Assembly (NCBI GenBank): GCA_944320985.1 | Contig: CALUJN010000059.1 | Location: forward strand, 544 to 64,543 | Length of the DNA: 64,000 bases | Source of the DNA: an uncultured Alistipes sp. | GTDB taxonomy: Bacteria; Bacteroidota; Bacteroidia; Bacteroidales; Rikenellaceae | Direction of reading: 5' to 3' | Part shown: positions 49,266 through 59,658 of the stretch, in pieces | Position numbering within the stretch: position 1 is the first letter of the stretch | Layout of the letters: each line of letters begins with the position of its first letter | The notes under the pieces: generated by a model | What the model was told of the DNA's origin: nothing | Seen by the model: only the letters and a program-made list of their open reading frames with translations | Database searches by the model: none | Program-made: the position numbers and the translations under genes

Positions 49266-50603
49266 CTATTCGGCCCCACCGCCGAGGGCCTGATAGAGCG
49301 TAATGCCCCCCCCCGAAATCTCCGACAACCGGTTCGTGATCGCCCCGATCTGCGCTTCGAGCAGCGTCTGTTGGGCCGTCAACACCTCAAGACAGGTCGT
49401 CGACCCGTGTTGCATCAGGAGTTGTGTGCTCTTCACGGCCGTTTGGAGCCGCTCGATCTGACAGGCATAGTTACCTGCTTTCGCCTGGGCGCTTTCGATG
49501 TCGATCAGCGCGTCGTTCACCTCGATCCCCGCATCGACAACAGCCTGTTTAAAGGCGATTTCAGCCTGTTCTTCCTGAGCCTTGGCTACCCGGAGATTCG
49601 CCTGCAACGTCCCGCGTTGGAAAATCGGTTGCAATAGCGATCCGACGGCTTCGGATAATGTGTGCCGCAAGTCATAACTTCCCGAAAGCGTGATCGAGGG
49701 ATAGAAAGCCCCCCTGGCCTGATTCGTGGCGTAGAAGGCTTCGGCCAGCTTCTGCTCGGCCTGTTGCACATCGGGACGTCGACCCAGCACCCGCAGCGGG
49801 ATCCCGACCGAGAGTTGTTCCGGGGAGCTCCATCCGTCGAGTGTTCCCCGTTCGATCGTGTGCGGCGTCCAGCCCAACAAGCTGCAAAGCTGGTTTTCCG
49901 TCTGGCGGATCTGTCGGTCGATCTCCACCAGGTTGTTGCGGATACTGTAATAGTTGGCTTCGGTCTGGGCAAGCGAAGCGGCGTTGTAACGCCCGGCCTC
50001 CATCAGGCGGCGCGTCACCTCAACGTTTTGACGCCAGCTCCGTTCGGTCTCATCGTAGACGTTCCGCTGGGCATCGAGCGCCAGCAGCGTGTAGTAGGTC
50101 GAGGCCACCGTGGCGATGAGTTGCGACTGCACGGCCCGGGTGTAGGCTTCGCTGGCAAGCAGTGCGGCAAGTTTTCCGCGTTTGGCGTTGCGCAGCGACC
50201 CGAAAAGGTCGAGTTCCCAGGAGGCGTTCACCGGGAGCTGGACCTCCCACGAACCGTTATGGACGGCGCTTGCCGAGAAATCGACCGACGGCAGGTAGGC
50301 CAGTCGCGACGAACGCAGCATGGCCTGGGCCTCCTCCACTTTGAGGCGTGCCGTCGTCAGATCGACGTTGTTGCACAGTGCCGAGTCGATCAATGCCGCA
50401 AGGTGCGGATCGCTGAAGAACTCTTGCCACCGCAGGTCTCCCGTCGAAAGGCTGTCCGTCTTATCGACCGCCCCGAAGGCGTCGTCCGTGATCTCGTATT
50501 GCGGGGACCGGAAGGTCCCGTAGATGCCGCACCCGGTCAGGAGAAACAGCGGGAGCAGAAGGAGCATCCGTCTGCCGACCTTATAAATCTTGGTTATGCT
50601 CAT
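49266..50603 (-). CDS. OprM/NodT family outer membrane efflux lipoprotein
   Basis: Lipobox LTGC; WQEFFSDPHL, ASWELDLFG, RRPDVQQAE, LYQALGGG. Confidence 0.93.
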   Translation of the reverse strand: MSITKIYKVGRRMLLLLPLFLLTGCGIYGTFRSPQYEITDDAFGAVDKTDSLSTGDLRWQEFFSDPHLAALIDSALCNNVDLTTARLKVEEAQAMLRSSRLAYLPSVDFSASAVHNGSWEVQLPVNASWELDLFGSLRNAKRGKLAALLASEAYTRAVQSQLIATVASTYYTLLALDAQRNVYDETERSWRQNVEVTRRLMEAGRYNAASLAQTEANYYSIRNNLVEIDRQIRQTENQLCSLLGWTPHTIERGTLDGWSSPEQLSVGIPLRVLGRRPDVQQAEQKLAEAFYATNQARGAFYPSITLSGSYDLRHTLSEAVGSLLQPIFQRGTLQANLRVAKAQEEQAEIAFKQAVVDAGIEVNDALIDIESAQAKAGNYACQIERLQTAVKSTQLLMQHGSTTCLEVLTAQQTLLEAQIGAITNRLSEISGGGITLYQALGGGAE

Positions 50604-53600
50604 GGTTGTTGCTTTTTCTTGATGATGATGAATCCGAACCGCTCCTGGAGACGCTGCATGACGATAAAAAGCGGCGGGACGAAGAACAGCAGGGCGATTG
50701 TTCCGACAAGCATTCCTCCGACGACCCCGGCTCCAAGCGTACGGTTGCCGTTGGCGCTGGCTCCGCTGGCATAAAGCAGCGGCAACATGCCGAAAACGAG
50801 TGTCAAAAACGTCATCAGAATAGGGCGCAGACGAACCCGTGCCGCATCAAACGCAGCCTCTTCGATGCTCATTCCGGCCTGACGGCGCTGGGCCGCGTAT
50901 TCGGTAATGAGAATGGCCGTCTTGGCCAGCAGTCCGATGATCATGATCATACCGGTCTGAAGGTAGATGTTGTTTTCCACACCGAAGAGATTGGCGGCGG
51001 CAAAACACCCCAGAATGCCGAACGGAACGGAAAGTATGACGGCCAGCGGCACAAAGAAACTCTCGTAGAGCGAACTTAGCAACAGGTAGATGAAGACAAC
51101 GCAGACGATCAGAATGTAGATCGTGTTGTCCGAGCTGCTCTCCTCACGCGAAGAGCTTCCGAATTCATATCCATATCCTTCGGGAAGGGTTTTTCGGGCC
51201 ACCTCGGCAATGGCAGCGATCACATCCCCCGAACTGTATCCGTCGGCCATCGTCACGTTGGCCGAGATCGAATTGAAGAGGTTGAAGCGACTCAGACTTT
51301 CCGGTCCGTAGACCTTGGTCAGCGTTACGAACTGACTGACGGGGGCCATTTCGTCGCCATTGCGAAAATAGACATTGTCGAGTGAGTTGGGATCGAGCCG
51401 ATAGTCGGGATCTGCCTGTACAATCACGCGGTAGACTTTCGAAAAGCGAATGATGTTCGAAGCGTAGATACCTCCATAGTACCCCGAGATGACGTCGAGC
51501 ACGTCGGTCGGGGAGACGCCGGCCCGCTTGCATTTCGCGGCATCGACATCCACGACATACTGCACGTAATCGACCTTGAACGAACTGAAGGCCGACATCA
51601 CCTCGGGTCGGGCATTGAGCGTTGTGAGGAAGTTCTGCGTGATGTCGTAGAAGTCGCGGATATCGCCCCCTTTGCGATCCTGAAGGTAGAGTTCGACGGC
51701 GTTGCCCGTTCCATAACCGTCGATCATGCTCGGAGCCATGACGAAGACCTCGGCATCGGTGATCTGTCGCATGTCACGATTCAGCCGCATCATGAGTGCC
51801 GTCGAGGAGTGTTCGTCACCCTTGCGGTCATTCCAGTCCTGAAGCTGGAGCACCAGCATACCGCTTGTCGAACCGTTGCCTCCCGTCATGCTGTGCCCCA
51901 CGATACGCGAGTAGGCCTTGATTTCGGGATAGGTGCGAACCACCGCTTCGAACTTGTCCATGATGCTGTTGGTAAAGCGCGTATTGCTGCCCGGAGCGGT
52001 GCTTACACTCACGAAAAGCGTCCCGGTATCCTCACTGGGGATCAGTCCGGTCTTGGTATGGTTCATCAGCAGCACCGCGAGGATGCCGGCACAGAGAACG
52101 GCCGCCCCGGCAATCCATTTTCTTCGAAGGAAGATCTGCAATCCGGCTTCGTATTTGTGCGACAGAGCCTTGTAGGAAGTTTCGTAAACCTGTTTGACCC
52201 AGGTCTTGAATCTGCGGTCGGGAGTCCGGTATTGCAGCAGCAGAGCGCTCAACGCAGGGCTCAATGTCAGGGCGTTGACCATCGAAATAGCTACGGCCAC
52301 GGCCATTGTCAGACCGAACTGTCGGTAGAAAATGCCGCTTGTCCCGCTCATGAACGAAATGGGAATGAAGACCGCCATGAAGACCACGGTCGAGGTGATG
52401 ACTGCCGCCGTAATGTCGTGCATGGCCGAAGCCGTAGCCTCGGCGGCATTCTCCTCGCCTTCGTCCATCCTGGCCTGCACGGCTTCGACGACGATGGCGT
52501 CGTCAACAACGGTTCCGATGACCAAAATCAATGCAAAGAGTGTCAACAGGTTGAGACTGAAGCCCAACAGATAGATCACGGCAAATGATCCGATGAGCGA
52601 GACAATGAGCGAGAGGGTAGGGATCAATGTCAGCTTGTAGTCGTGCAGGAAAAAGAAAACCACGAGCACGACAAGCAGGATGGCTTCGATGAGCGTCTTG
52701 ACGACCTCGGAGATCGAAGCAAAGAGAAAGTCGTTTGTGTTTTGGAGATAGAGGTACTCCAGTCCCGCGGGAAACGACTCCGAGAGCTCTTCGAGCAATG
52801 CCTCGATTTTGAGGTTGATCTCCGTAGCATTCGACCCGGCCGTCTGGTTGATCATCATCGTCACTCCCGGATGCCCGTTCAGTCCGCCGATATAGGTGTA
52901 GTCCTCGTTGCCAAGTTCGATGCGGGCAATGTCTTTCAGCCGCAGCACCTCGCCGTCGGCAGTCGAACGCACGACCAGCTCGCCGAACTCCTCGGGCGTC
53001 TGGTAGCGACCGCGGTACTTCATCGTGTAGGTGAAGACGTTGTCCGAGTTCTCGCCGAATGACCCGGTCGAGGTCTCGATGTTCTGTTCGTCCAGAACCG
53101 CCGAAATGTCGGCCGGAACCAGCCCGTAGTGGGCCATCACCTCGGGGTTGAGCCAGATGCGCAGGCCGTAGGTTGCGCCCATGCAACGCACTTCACCCAC
53201 ACCTTCGATACGCTGGATCTGGGGCGCGATGTTGATATTGATATAGTTGGTGATGAAGGTCTCGTCGAACGAGTCGTCGGGGCTGTAAAGACCCACCATG
53301 GCCAATGTGCTGATCTGCCGCTTCTCAACGGTGATACCCACTTTGGTCACTTCGCTCGGCAGTTGTCCCTGGGCCTCGGAAACCTTGTTCTGTACGTTTA
53401 CGGCCGCCTGGTCGGGATCCGTACCCTGCTTGAAGTAGATGTTGATGCTTGCCGAGCCCGACGAGGCGCTCGACTCCATGTAGGTCATGTGCTCCACGCC
53501 GTTGATCGCCTCCTCCAGCGGCACAATCACCGCCTTCTGGACCGTTTCGGCACTGGCTCCCATATAGGTTGCCGAGACATGCACCGTAGGAGGTGCAATG

Positions 53601-53713
53601 TCGGGGAACTTTTCGATCGAGAGCGAAAACAGGGCCAGCAGTCCCAGAAAGACAATACCGACAGAGATGCAGATGGCCAAGACGGGCCGTTCTATGAACC
53701 GATTCCTTTTCAT
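50600..53713 (-). CDS. RND efflux permease (HAE1, AcrB-like)
   Basis: FIERPVLA, FPDIAPP, GTVVDDAIVV, GLLAKTAILI, RLRPILMT. Confidence 0.96.
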   Translation of the reverse strand: MKRNRFIERPVLAICISVGIVFLGLLALFSLSIEKFPDIAPPTVHVSATYMGASAETVQKAVIVPLEEAINGVEHMTYMESSASSGSASINIYFKQGTDPDQAAVNVQNKVSEAQGQLPSEVTKVGITVEKRQISTLAMVGLYSPDDSFDETFITNYININIAPQIQRIEGVGEVRCMGATYGLRIWLNPEVMAHYGLVPADISAVLDEQNIETSTGSFGENSDNVFTYTMKYRGRYQTPEEFGELVVRSTADGEVLRLKDIARIELGNEDYTYIGGLNGHPGVTMMINQTAGSNATEINLKIEALLEELSESFPAGLEYLYLQNTNDFLFASISEVVKTLIEAILLVVLVVFFFLHDYKLTLIPTLSLIVSLIGSFAVIYLLGFSLNLLTLFALILVIGTVVDDAIVVEAVQARMDEGEENAAEATASAMHDITAAVITSTVVFMAVFIPISFMSGTSGIFYRQFGLTMAVAVAISMVNALTLSPALSALLLQYRTPDRRFKTWVKQVYETSYKALSHKYEAGLQIFLRRKWIAGAAVLCAGILAVLLMNHTKTGLIPSEDTGTLFVSVSTAPGSNTRFTNSIMDKFEAVVRTYPEIKAYSRIVGHSMTGGNGSTSGMLVLQLQDWNDRKGDEHSSTALMMRLNRDMRQITDAEVFVMAPSMIDGYGTGNAVELYLQDRKGGDIRDFYDITQNFLTTLNARPEVMSAFSSFKVDYVQYVVDVDAAKCKRAGVSPTDVLDVISGYYGGIYASNIIRFSKVYRVIVQADPDYRLDPNSLDNVYFRNGDEMAPVSQFVTLTKVYGPESLSRFNLFNSISANVTMADGYSSGDVIAAIAEVARKTLPEGYGYEFGSSSREESSSDNTIYILIVCVVFIYLLLSSLYESFFVPLAVILSVPFGILGCFAAANLFGVENNIYLQTGMIMIIGLLAKTAILITEYAAQRRQAGMSIEEAAFDAARVRLRPILMTFLTLVFGMLPLLYASGASANGNRTLGAGVVGGMLVGTIALLFFVPPLFIVMQRLQERFGFIIIKKKQQP

Positions 53714-53722
53714 GGCCGCAAA

Positions 53723-54874
53723 CTATTTCTGGGTGGAACCCTCGCTCTGAGAGGCCGGATCTCCGGTGGCACGGATACGCATTCCGTCGCGAAGCAGTCC
53801 TGCGCCGGAAGCGATGATCTCATCTCCGGGTTGCAGCCCTTCGATGACAATGTAACGCTTCCCGTCACTGATCGATGAAACGGAGATCTGAGTCGATCGG
53901 GCGATCCCGTCAACGACTTTATAGACAAACACCTTATCCTGCAACTCAAAAGTGGCCTCCTGCGGAATGGTTATCACATCGGTGTAATGCTCCGGGATCA
54001 GCACGCTGCCGTTCGCGCCACTGTGCAGCAGCCGGTCGGGATTCGGAAAAACGGCCCGCAGCGAAACCGTGCCGGTCGTTTCGCTGATAACGCCGCTGAT
54101 GCTCGCAATCCGTCCCGAATGGTTGTAGATGCGTCCATTGCTCAATCGAAGCTACACGTCGGGCATCTCTTTCAGCGCCTGTTCCAGCGTGCCGTATTCT
54201 TCGGCCAGATCGAGCAGGCGGTTTTCATTGATCGAGAAGTAGACGTACATCTGCGAGTTGTCCGAGACGGTCGTGAGCGGGGTGGTCATCGTCGAACTGA
54301 CGAGTGTCCCTTCGCGGAAAGGAAGCGTCCCTATCACGCCGTCCGCAGGACTGGTGACCTCCGTGTAGGAGAGGCTGTTGGCGGCATTGATCCGTTCGGC
54401 TTCCATCTGGGCGCGGGTCGCTTCGGCCGAGTGGAGGGCGTTGGTAACCGTCTGCAGCTCGTAGGCGGAAACCACCTGATTTTCGTAAAGTTTTTTCGTG
54501 CTTTCGTAATCCAACCGAGCCGATTCGACTCCGACCTCTGCGGCGGCAAGATTGGCTTCGGCCACGCGCAACGCCGCTTCATAGGGTACCGGATCGATAT
54601 TGAAAAGCACTTGTCCCTTGCGGACAACCTCTCCTTCGGAGACACGCACCCGGGTGATCTTGCCCGAAATCTGCGGATATATCTCGATATCCTGCCGTCC
54701 GCGGATCGTGGCCAACGAAGAACTTTGCAACATTTCGTTGCCGGTCGTGACAGTCAGCGTCGGATAATCGGTCTCCGGTGCGGAACCGACCGATCTGCCA
54801 CACGAGATCGGCAATACCGCAACGCCGAACAGCCATATGGCGGTCCAGCGTTTCACATGTTTCAACTTCATCAT
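53723..54874 (-). pseudogene. RND periplasmic adaptor interrupted by an in-frame TAG (54154-54152)
   Basis: ORFs 54152..54874 and 53723..54145 share a frame and read MPDV*LRLSNG; both halves carry MFP motifs (IYPQISGKI, VTSPADGVIG; TGTVSLRAVFPNP, GLQPGDEII). Confidence 0.88.
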
Positions 54875-55476
54875 TTTGTCTGTTGTTGGGTTTTCCTGTT
54901 TTCCAAATATTGACGGCCCTGTTCGGTGCAGAGCCCGGCCAGAGTGATCGCGACGATTTCGTCAAAGAACTCACGCCGGCTCCAGGAGCGGGAGGGTTCT
55001 TGTACGGCTGCGGCCAACAGCCCTTCGAACAGGAGAAAGAACCTCCGGGCCTCGATCCGGGGAAGGAGCAGCCCCTCCTCCTGCGCCCGGCAGACCTGCT
55101 CCTCGACAATCTCCGACAACGGAATACGATAGCGATCGTCGAGCAAACGACGGATCTCGGCGTAACGAATGATCTCCGATCGGAAATCAGGATAGGGGAT
55201 GGTCAACAATTCGTAGGCGCGGTCGATCACATAGAGCAAAGCGTCGAGGCTCGTCCGGGAGGCAATTCCGATACGGATTTTCCGCAGGTTCGATAGGACG
55301 GACTGCCGGACACACTCGTGCAGCAGGTTGATTTTGTCCGGGAAACATCCGTAAAGGGTCCGTTTCGAGATATGGAGTGTCTCGGACAGATACTGCATGG
55401 TTGTACCCTTGACGCCGTAACGGGCAAAAGCCTCCGTAGCTTCGATGATGATCTGTTTTTTCGTATTATGTCCCAT
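54871..55476 (-). CDS. TetR/AcrR family transcriptional regulator
   Basis: FARYGVKGTTMQYLSETLHISKRTLYGCFPDKINLL HTH; first gene of the efflux operon. Confidence 0.9.
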   Translation of the reverse strand: MGHNTKKQIIIEATEAFARYGVKGTTMQYLSETLHISKRTLYGCFPDKINLLHECVRQSVLSNLRKIRIGIASRTSLDALLYVIDRAYELLTIPYPDFRSEIIRYAEIRRLLDDRYRIPLSEIVEEQVCRAQEEGLLLPRIEARRFFLLFEGLLAAAVQEPSRSWSRREFFDEIVAITLAGLCTEQGRQYLENRKTQQQTK

Positions 55477-55702
55477 GTTTTGTCGGTTTTCGTCGGCACG
55501 CGCACAAAGATTGCCATCGATATCGGAAACTTGTTTGTTTTACGCGGTATTGTATTTGTCAAAACCGAAACATGAAATAAAAAAACGACGCTATACGTCG
55601 TTATGGAAACAATATATGTCAAATTGAAACCGTTTGTCAGATACAGAAACCGCCCGATTCGTTCCCAGGCGACGGAGACCCCGCCGCATCAAAAAAACGA
55701 CT

Positions 55703-56608
55703 ATGGAAAAGCAATCGTTGGTCTTGAATTTTCCGGATTTCACCTCGCGTCACGAGGCGCATGTCCGTTTCCTGAAAGAGGGTTTTGCCATCCGGCAGAT
55801 TTCGACCGCCACGTGGAGCGGCAGGCCGGAGTCCTTCACCCGAGTGCATTCGATCCTGTTCGTGTACGAAGGATCGATGAACGTCAAATTCGACGGTCAG
55901 AACCATCGGATCCCCCGCAACGGCTTTTCCGACGTCATCGATCTGATCCCGCTGGAAATAACGGCCATATCACATGATTTGAGGGCCTATCATCTGCTTT
56001 TTACCGAGAATTTCCTTGCCAATCTGATCAAGAACCGGCCGCCGTTTTCCTTTTCCTATATGTTGGAGATGTCCGAAAAACCCGTACGGATCATCTCCGA
56101 ATCGGATCGAGCCACCTACATGAAGCGTCTCTCCATCATCGAAGATGTCATGCGGGAACCTTCGCACCATTTCCGGACCGAGATGCTGAAAAGTGCCCTG
56201 TGGATGTTTCTGCTCGATGTGTCCAACATCTACCTGCACCAAGAAGAGTCCCGGTCCGAAAATCTGGGTACGGACCATTTGCGAAATATTTTTCTGCGGT
56301 TCATGCAACTGCTTCCGAAGCATGTCCGCGAAGAGCATACGGTGGGTTTCTACGCCTCGCAACTGTGCATTACGCCGCAGTATCTGAATCGCGTGGTACG
56401 GCAGATCTCGGGACAATCGGTTTCGGAAGCGATCAACCGGATGCTGACGGGGAAAATCGCCAAATTGTTGGACGACAAGGATCTTACGATTCAGGAGATC
56501 GCCGATCGGCTGTGCTTCGCGGACCAGGCCACGATGTCCAAATTCTTCAAACGGCAAAAGGGACTTTCGCCGACAGCATATCGGCAGAACGGATCATGCA
56601 GCCATTGA
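55703..56608 (+). CDS. AraC family transcriptional regulator
   Basis: HTVGFYASQLCITPQYLNRVV and TIQEIADRLCFADQATMSKFFKRQKGLSPTAYR. Confidence 0.93.
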   Translation: MEKQSLVLNFPDFTSRHEAHVRFLKEGFAIRQISTATWSGRPESFTRVHSILFVYEGSMNVKFDGQNHRIPRNGFSDVIDLIPLEITAISHDLRAYHLLFTENFLANLIKNRPPFSFSYMLEMSEKPVRIISESDRATYMKRLSIIEDVMREPSHHFRTEMLKSALWMFLLDVSNIYLHQEESRSENLGTDHLRNIFLRFMQLLPKHVREEHTVGFYASQLCITPQYLNRVVRQISGQSVSEAINRMLTGKIAKLLDDKDLTIQEIADRLCFADQATMSKFFKRQKGLSPTAYRQNGSCSH

Positions 56609-56678
56609 CAGCCTCCAAATTAGAGATTATCCACGGGCATGGATTCCAAGTTCTGCATGGAAACAGGTTGTCTTGAGA

Positions 56679-58400
56679 TTAAATCGGGAGCGATATCGTA
56701 AATCGACATCCCTTCCCAATTTCGCTTTCGATCGAAATCGTGCCGCCATGAGCCTCCACGAATTCTTTTGATATGGCCAACCCCAATCCGCTTCCCTGGA
56801 CTTTGGTGCCGGGAACCCGGAAATATCGCTCGAAGATGCTTTTATGGTAACGCGGATCTATGCCATGGCCGAAATCCTGCACGTAAATATCCACATGCCT
56901 GTCGTGCTGTGCTGCCCCGATAATAATGCGGGAATTTTCCGGAGAGTGATGTATCGCGTTCGACAGCAGATTGGTAATGACCCAGGCTATTTTTTCATTG
57001 TCCACAAACAGTTTCGAGATCTTTTCGGGGTATTCCACCTCGACAAAACAATGAAATCGTTCTGCCAGCACTTGAGTGGCTTTGATCGCATATTCGATCA
57101 ATTCAATCGGTTTGACGATCTTGGGCTTGATGGTAAGTTTCCCGGATTCCACTTGGGTGAGATTCAGCAATTCACCGGTAATATTCAACAACCGGTCGCT
57201 GCTTTCGCGAATACTGCTCAATAATTGGGTCTGCTCCTCATTGAGAGACCCGAGCCGGGAGTCCCCGAGTAGCTGCAAACTCATCAGTATCGATGAAATG
57301 GGTGTCTTCATCTCGTGGGAAACGGTCGCTATAAAATTCGTTTTGGCGGAATCCAGCTCTTTATACTTGGTAATGTTTTTCAGAATAATAAGATTGCCGA
57401 CAAACTGTTGTTGGGTCTCACCTACGGGATTTATATATAGTGGAATATTATCCATTTGGAAGTAGCTTTCCTTGTCGTCCGCATAGATTTTCAAGGGTTC
57501 GTGTTCATGATTATCTTCATTTTCTGCATATACCTCCCGGATGAGCCGTCTGAGCAGGTCGTTGTTCAGCGCTATTTCTGCGGCTTTGCGTCCGATGATA
57601 TTCCCTCGTTTCAGGTTTAAAATCGAAAAAGCCTCGTCATTCATAAAAAGAATATTTCGTTCCGAATCCAGGCCGATGATCGGTTCATGCAGGCTGTTTA
57701 CGATGGCTTCGATTCGTTTTTTTTCTGTCATAAGCTGATCTACAGAACTGCGCCGATATTCCGACAGCTTGCAGGCCATGTCGTTGAATGACGCGGCAAC
57801 GGCGCGGAATTCTTTATTGTCGCCGAAATCGAGACGTTCTTCATAATGATGATTGGCGATCTGGGTGATGCCCTGTTTCAACTTGTCAATCGGCCGCAAG
57901 ATAATGGCCGGAAAGCGGATCAGGAAAACCGCAGCCAGCAAGATGCACAATATGGACAAGATCGTAAGCCACTGTACCGCTCCTTCGGCGTTTGATTCCA
58001 TGTCTGAACTTTTGGATCGTATCGAGTTCATGTTCAACTCCATGATACGATAGAGATCTTCGCGGATCGCCTGTATACGGGTGATGGAGACCGAATCCGT
58101 CAGGGCGTCGATTTTTTGGGTTAAGGCGGAGGTTACCTCTTTTTCATTTACTTCCGTAATATTTTGTTGCTGAAGTTCCAGACTGTTTATCAAGATGCCC
58201 CGTGAAGTAGAGTCTTGCGAGAGACGGTCCAACGAACGGAGCATCTCTTCCACATAATGCACGGAGTTGTAATTGTCGGCAAGTATGTTCTTCGATGCGA
58301 CGGAAAGCTGTCGGACGGATCGAACCGACTGGAACCCCAGTAAAAGAATCAGTATGAACAGTACTCCGATACCTAATGTCAGTCTGTTGCGAATATTCAT
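56679..58400 (-). CDS. Sensor histidine kinase (2 TM, HAMP, PAS, HisKA, HATPase) of the kdp locus
   Basis: ATVSHEMKTPI, NLLSNAI, VQDFGHGI, GSGLGLAI; its ATG overlaps the kdpD stop (TAATG). Confidence 0.93.
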   Translation of the reverse strand: MNIRNRLTLGIGVLFILILLLGFQSVRSVRQLSVASKNILADNYNSVHYVEEMLRSLDRLSQDSTSRGILINSLELQQQNITEVNEKEVTSALTQKIDALTDSVSITRIQAIREDLYRIMELNMNSIRSKSSDMESNAEGAVQWLTILSILCILLAAVFLIRFPAIILRPIDKLKQGITQIANHHYEERLDFGDNKEFRAVAASFNDMACKLSEYRRSSVDQLMTEKKRIEAIVNSLHEPIIGLDSERNILFMNDEAFSILNLKRGNIIGRKAAEIALNNDLLRRLIREVYAENEDNHEHEPLKIYADDKESYFQMDNIPLYINPVGETQQQFVGNLIILKNITKYKELDSAKTNFIATVSHEMKTPISSILMSLQLLGDSRLGSLNEEQTQLLSSIRESSDRLLNITGELLNLTQVESGKLTIKPKIVKPIELIEYAIKATQVLAERFHCFVEVEYPEKISKLFVDNEKIAWVITNLLSNAIHHSPENSRIIIGAAQHDRHVDIYVQDFGHGIDPRYHKSIFERYFRVPGTKVQGSGLGLAISKEFVEAHGGTISIESEIGKGCRFTISLPI

Positions 58401-59527
58401 TACGATAAAATAATTAAATCCACATTGAGTTTGGCCAACCGATTCAACAGATGCCGGAATCTGAGAGCCGTTACAAACAACGAATATAGTGAAAATCGCG
58501 GACCGCTGATACAAACGGTCGTGATTTTACGTTCCTGGCATACATCCACGATCGTTTCAATATAACGATTGGAGTGTATCCGCACGACCTCTCCGCCCAG
58601 TTCCGATGCAAGATTGAAATTATTGATCAGATAACGTTGGTTGGCCAACGGGATGCGATCCATGTCTTCTTTGTCTGACTGGACATACAATACAATGAAT
58701 GCCGCATTCATGTGCGTTGCCAGGCGGGCCGTTTTCCGGATTACCCGACGGGCCCGTTTTTCGGAGGAGTCGATCACGGCCATCAAGTATTCGTGATAGA
58801 GTTTCCCTTCGGCAACGACCTGGGTCTCAACTTTCTTTTCTACCCGCATGGCTACCTCCTTCAGTGCCAGCTCTCTGAGTTGCAGCAGGTGGTCATGGGT
58901 GAAAAAATTCCCCAACGCGGCGGCGATCTTGTCGGGTCGGTAAATCTTGCCGGCTTTTAACCGTTCTATGAGGTCGTCGGCCGTCAGATCGATGTTGACC
59001 ACCTCGTCGGCCATGGCCAACACACTGTCCGGAATCCGCTCCTGGATTTCGACTCCGGTAATAGTTTGTACCTGCTCGTTGATCCCCTCCAGATGCTGGA
59101 TGTTGACGGCCGAAATCACGCTGATCCCCGCATCGAGGATCTGCATGACATCCTGCCAGCGCTTGGGATTTGTACTCCCTTCGATATTGGTATGCGCCAG
59201 CTCATCTACGATGACGATCTCCGGGTGTTGATTGATGATCGTCTGTGTATCCATCTCTTCAAGCTCCTTTCCCTTATAGAAAAGTTTCCTTCGCGGAATC
59301 AATATGAGCCCGTCGACCAAAGCCTCCGTCTCCATTCGCCCGTGTGTTTCAACGTATCCGATCCGGATGTCAACTCCGGCATCGGACAGTTGATGGGCCT
59401 CCTGCAACATACGGTAGGTTTTGCCTACACCGGCACTCATGCCGATGTAGACCTTGAACTTTCCTCGATGAGATTGTTTAATCAGATCCAGAAAATGTTG
59501 CGCGCTTTGTCGAGTGTCGTTATACAT
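58400..59527 (-). CDS. kdpD: KdpD N-terminal sensor plus Usp domain protein (split KdpD, no kinase domain)
   Basis: YIGMSAGVGKTYRML, VETHGR, VDELAHTN, KRWQDV, NIQHLE, LRELAL; Usp-like C-terminus. Confidence 0.92.
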   Translation of the reverse strand: MYNDTRQSAQHFLDLIKQSHRGKFKVYIGMSAGVGKTYRMLQEAHQLSDAGVDIRIGYVETHGRMETEALVDGLILIPRRKLFYKGKELEEMDTQTIINQHPEIVIVDELAHTNIEGSTNPKRWQDVMQILDAGISVISAVNIQHLEGINEQVQTITGVEIQERIPDSVLAMADEVVNIDLTADDLIERLKAGKIYRPDKIAAALGNFFTHDHLLQLRELALKEVAMRVEKKVETQVVAEGKLYHEYLMAVIDSSEKRARRVIRKTARLATHMNAAFIVLYVQSDKEDMDRIPLANQRYLINNFNLASELGGEVVRIHSNRYIETIVDVCQERKITTVCISGPRFSLYSLFVTALRFRHLLNRLAKLNVDLIILS

Positions 59528-59658
59528 TGGTTCAATTACATTATGAAAGAGATACTCCAGCATGTTTGGCCTCTTCCGAGGTCGGAAACAGGACCGGCGG
59601 CCAATACGGACATTAAACCAATGCACAGGCTATTGTGCGTTTCATGTCTTCAAATTTG

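Noticed and set aside
54152-54154. Stop-codon reassignment (TAG or TGA read as sense)
   Set aside because: TAG ends atpA, rho and kdpC, and TGA ends atpE and atpG at their expected positions; the internal stops are isolated
56679-59527. Split KdpD as a novelty
   Set aside because: A separate KdpD-Usp protein plus a downstream kinase is the usual Bacteroidetes arrangement
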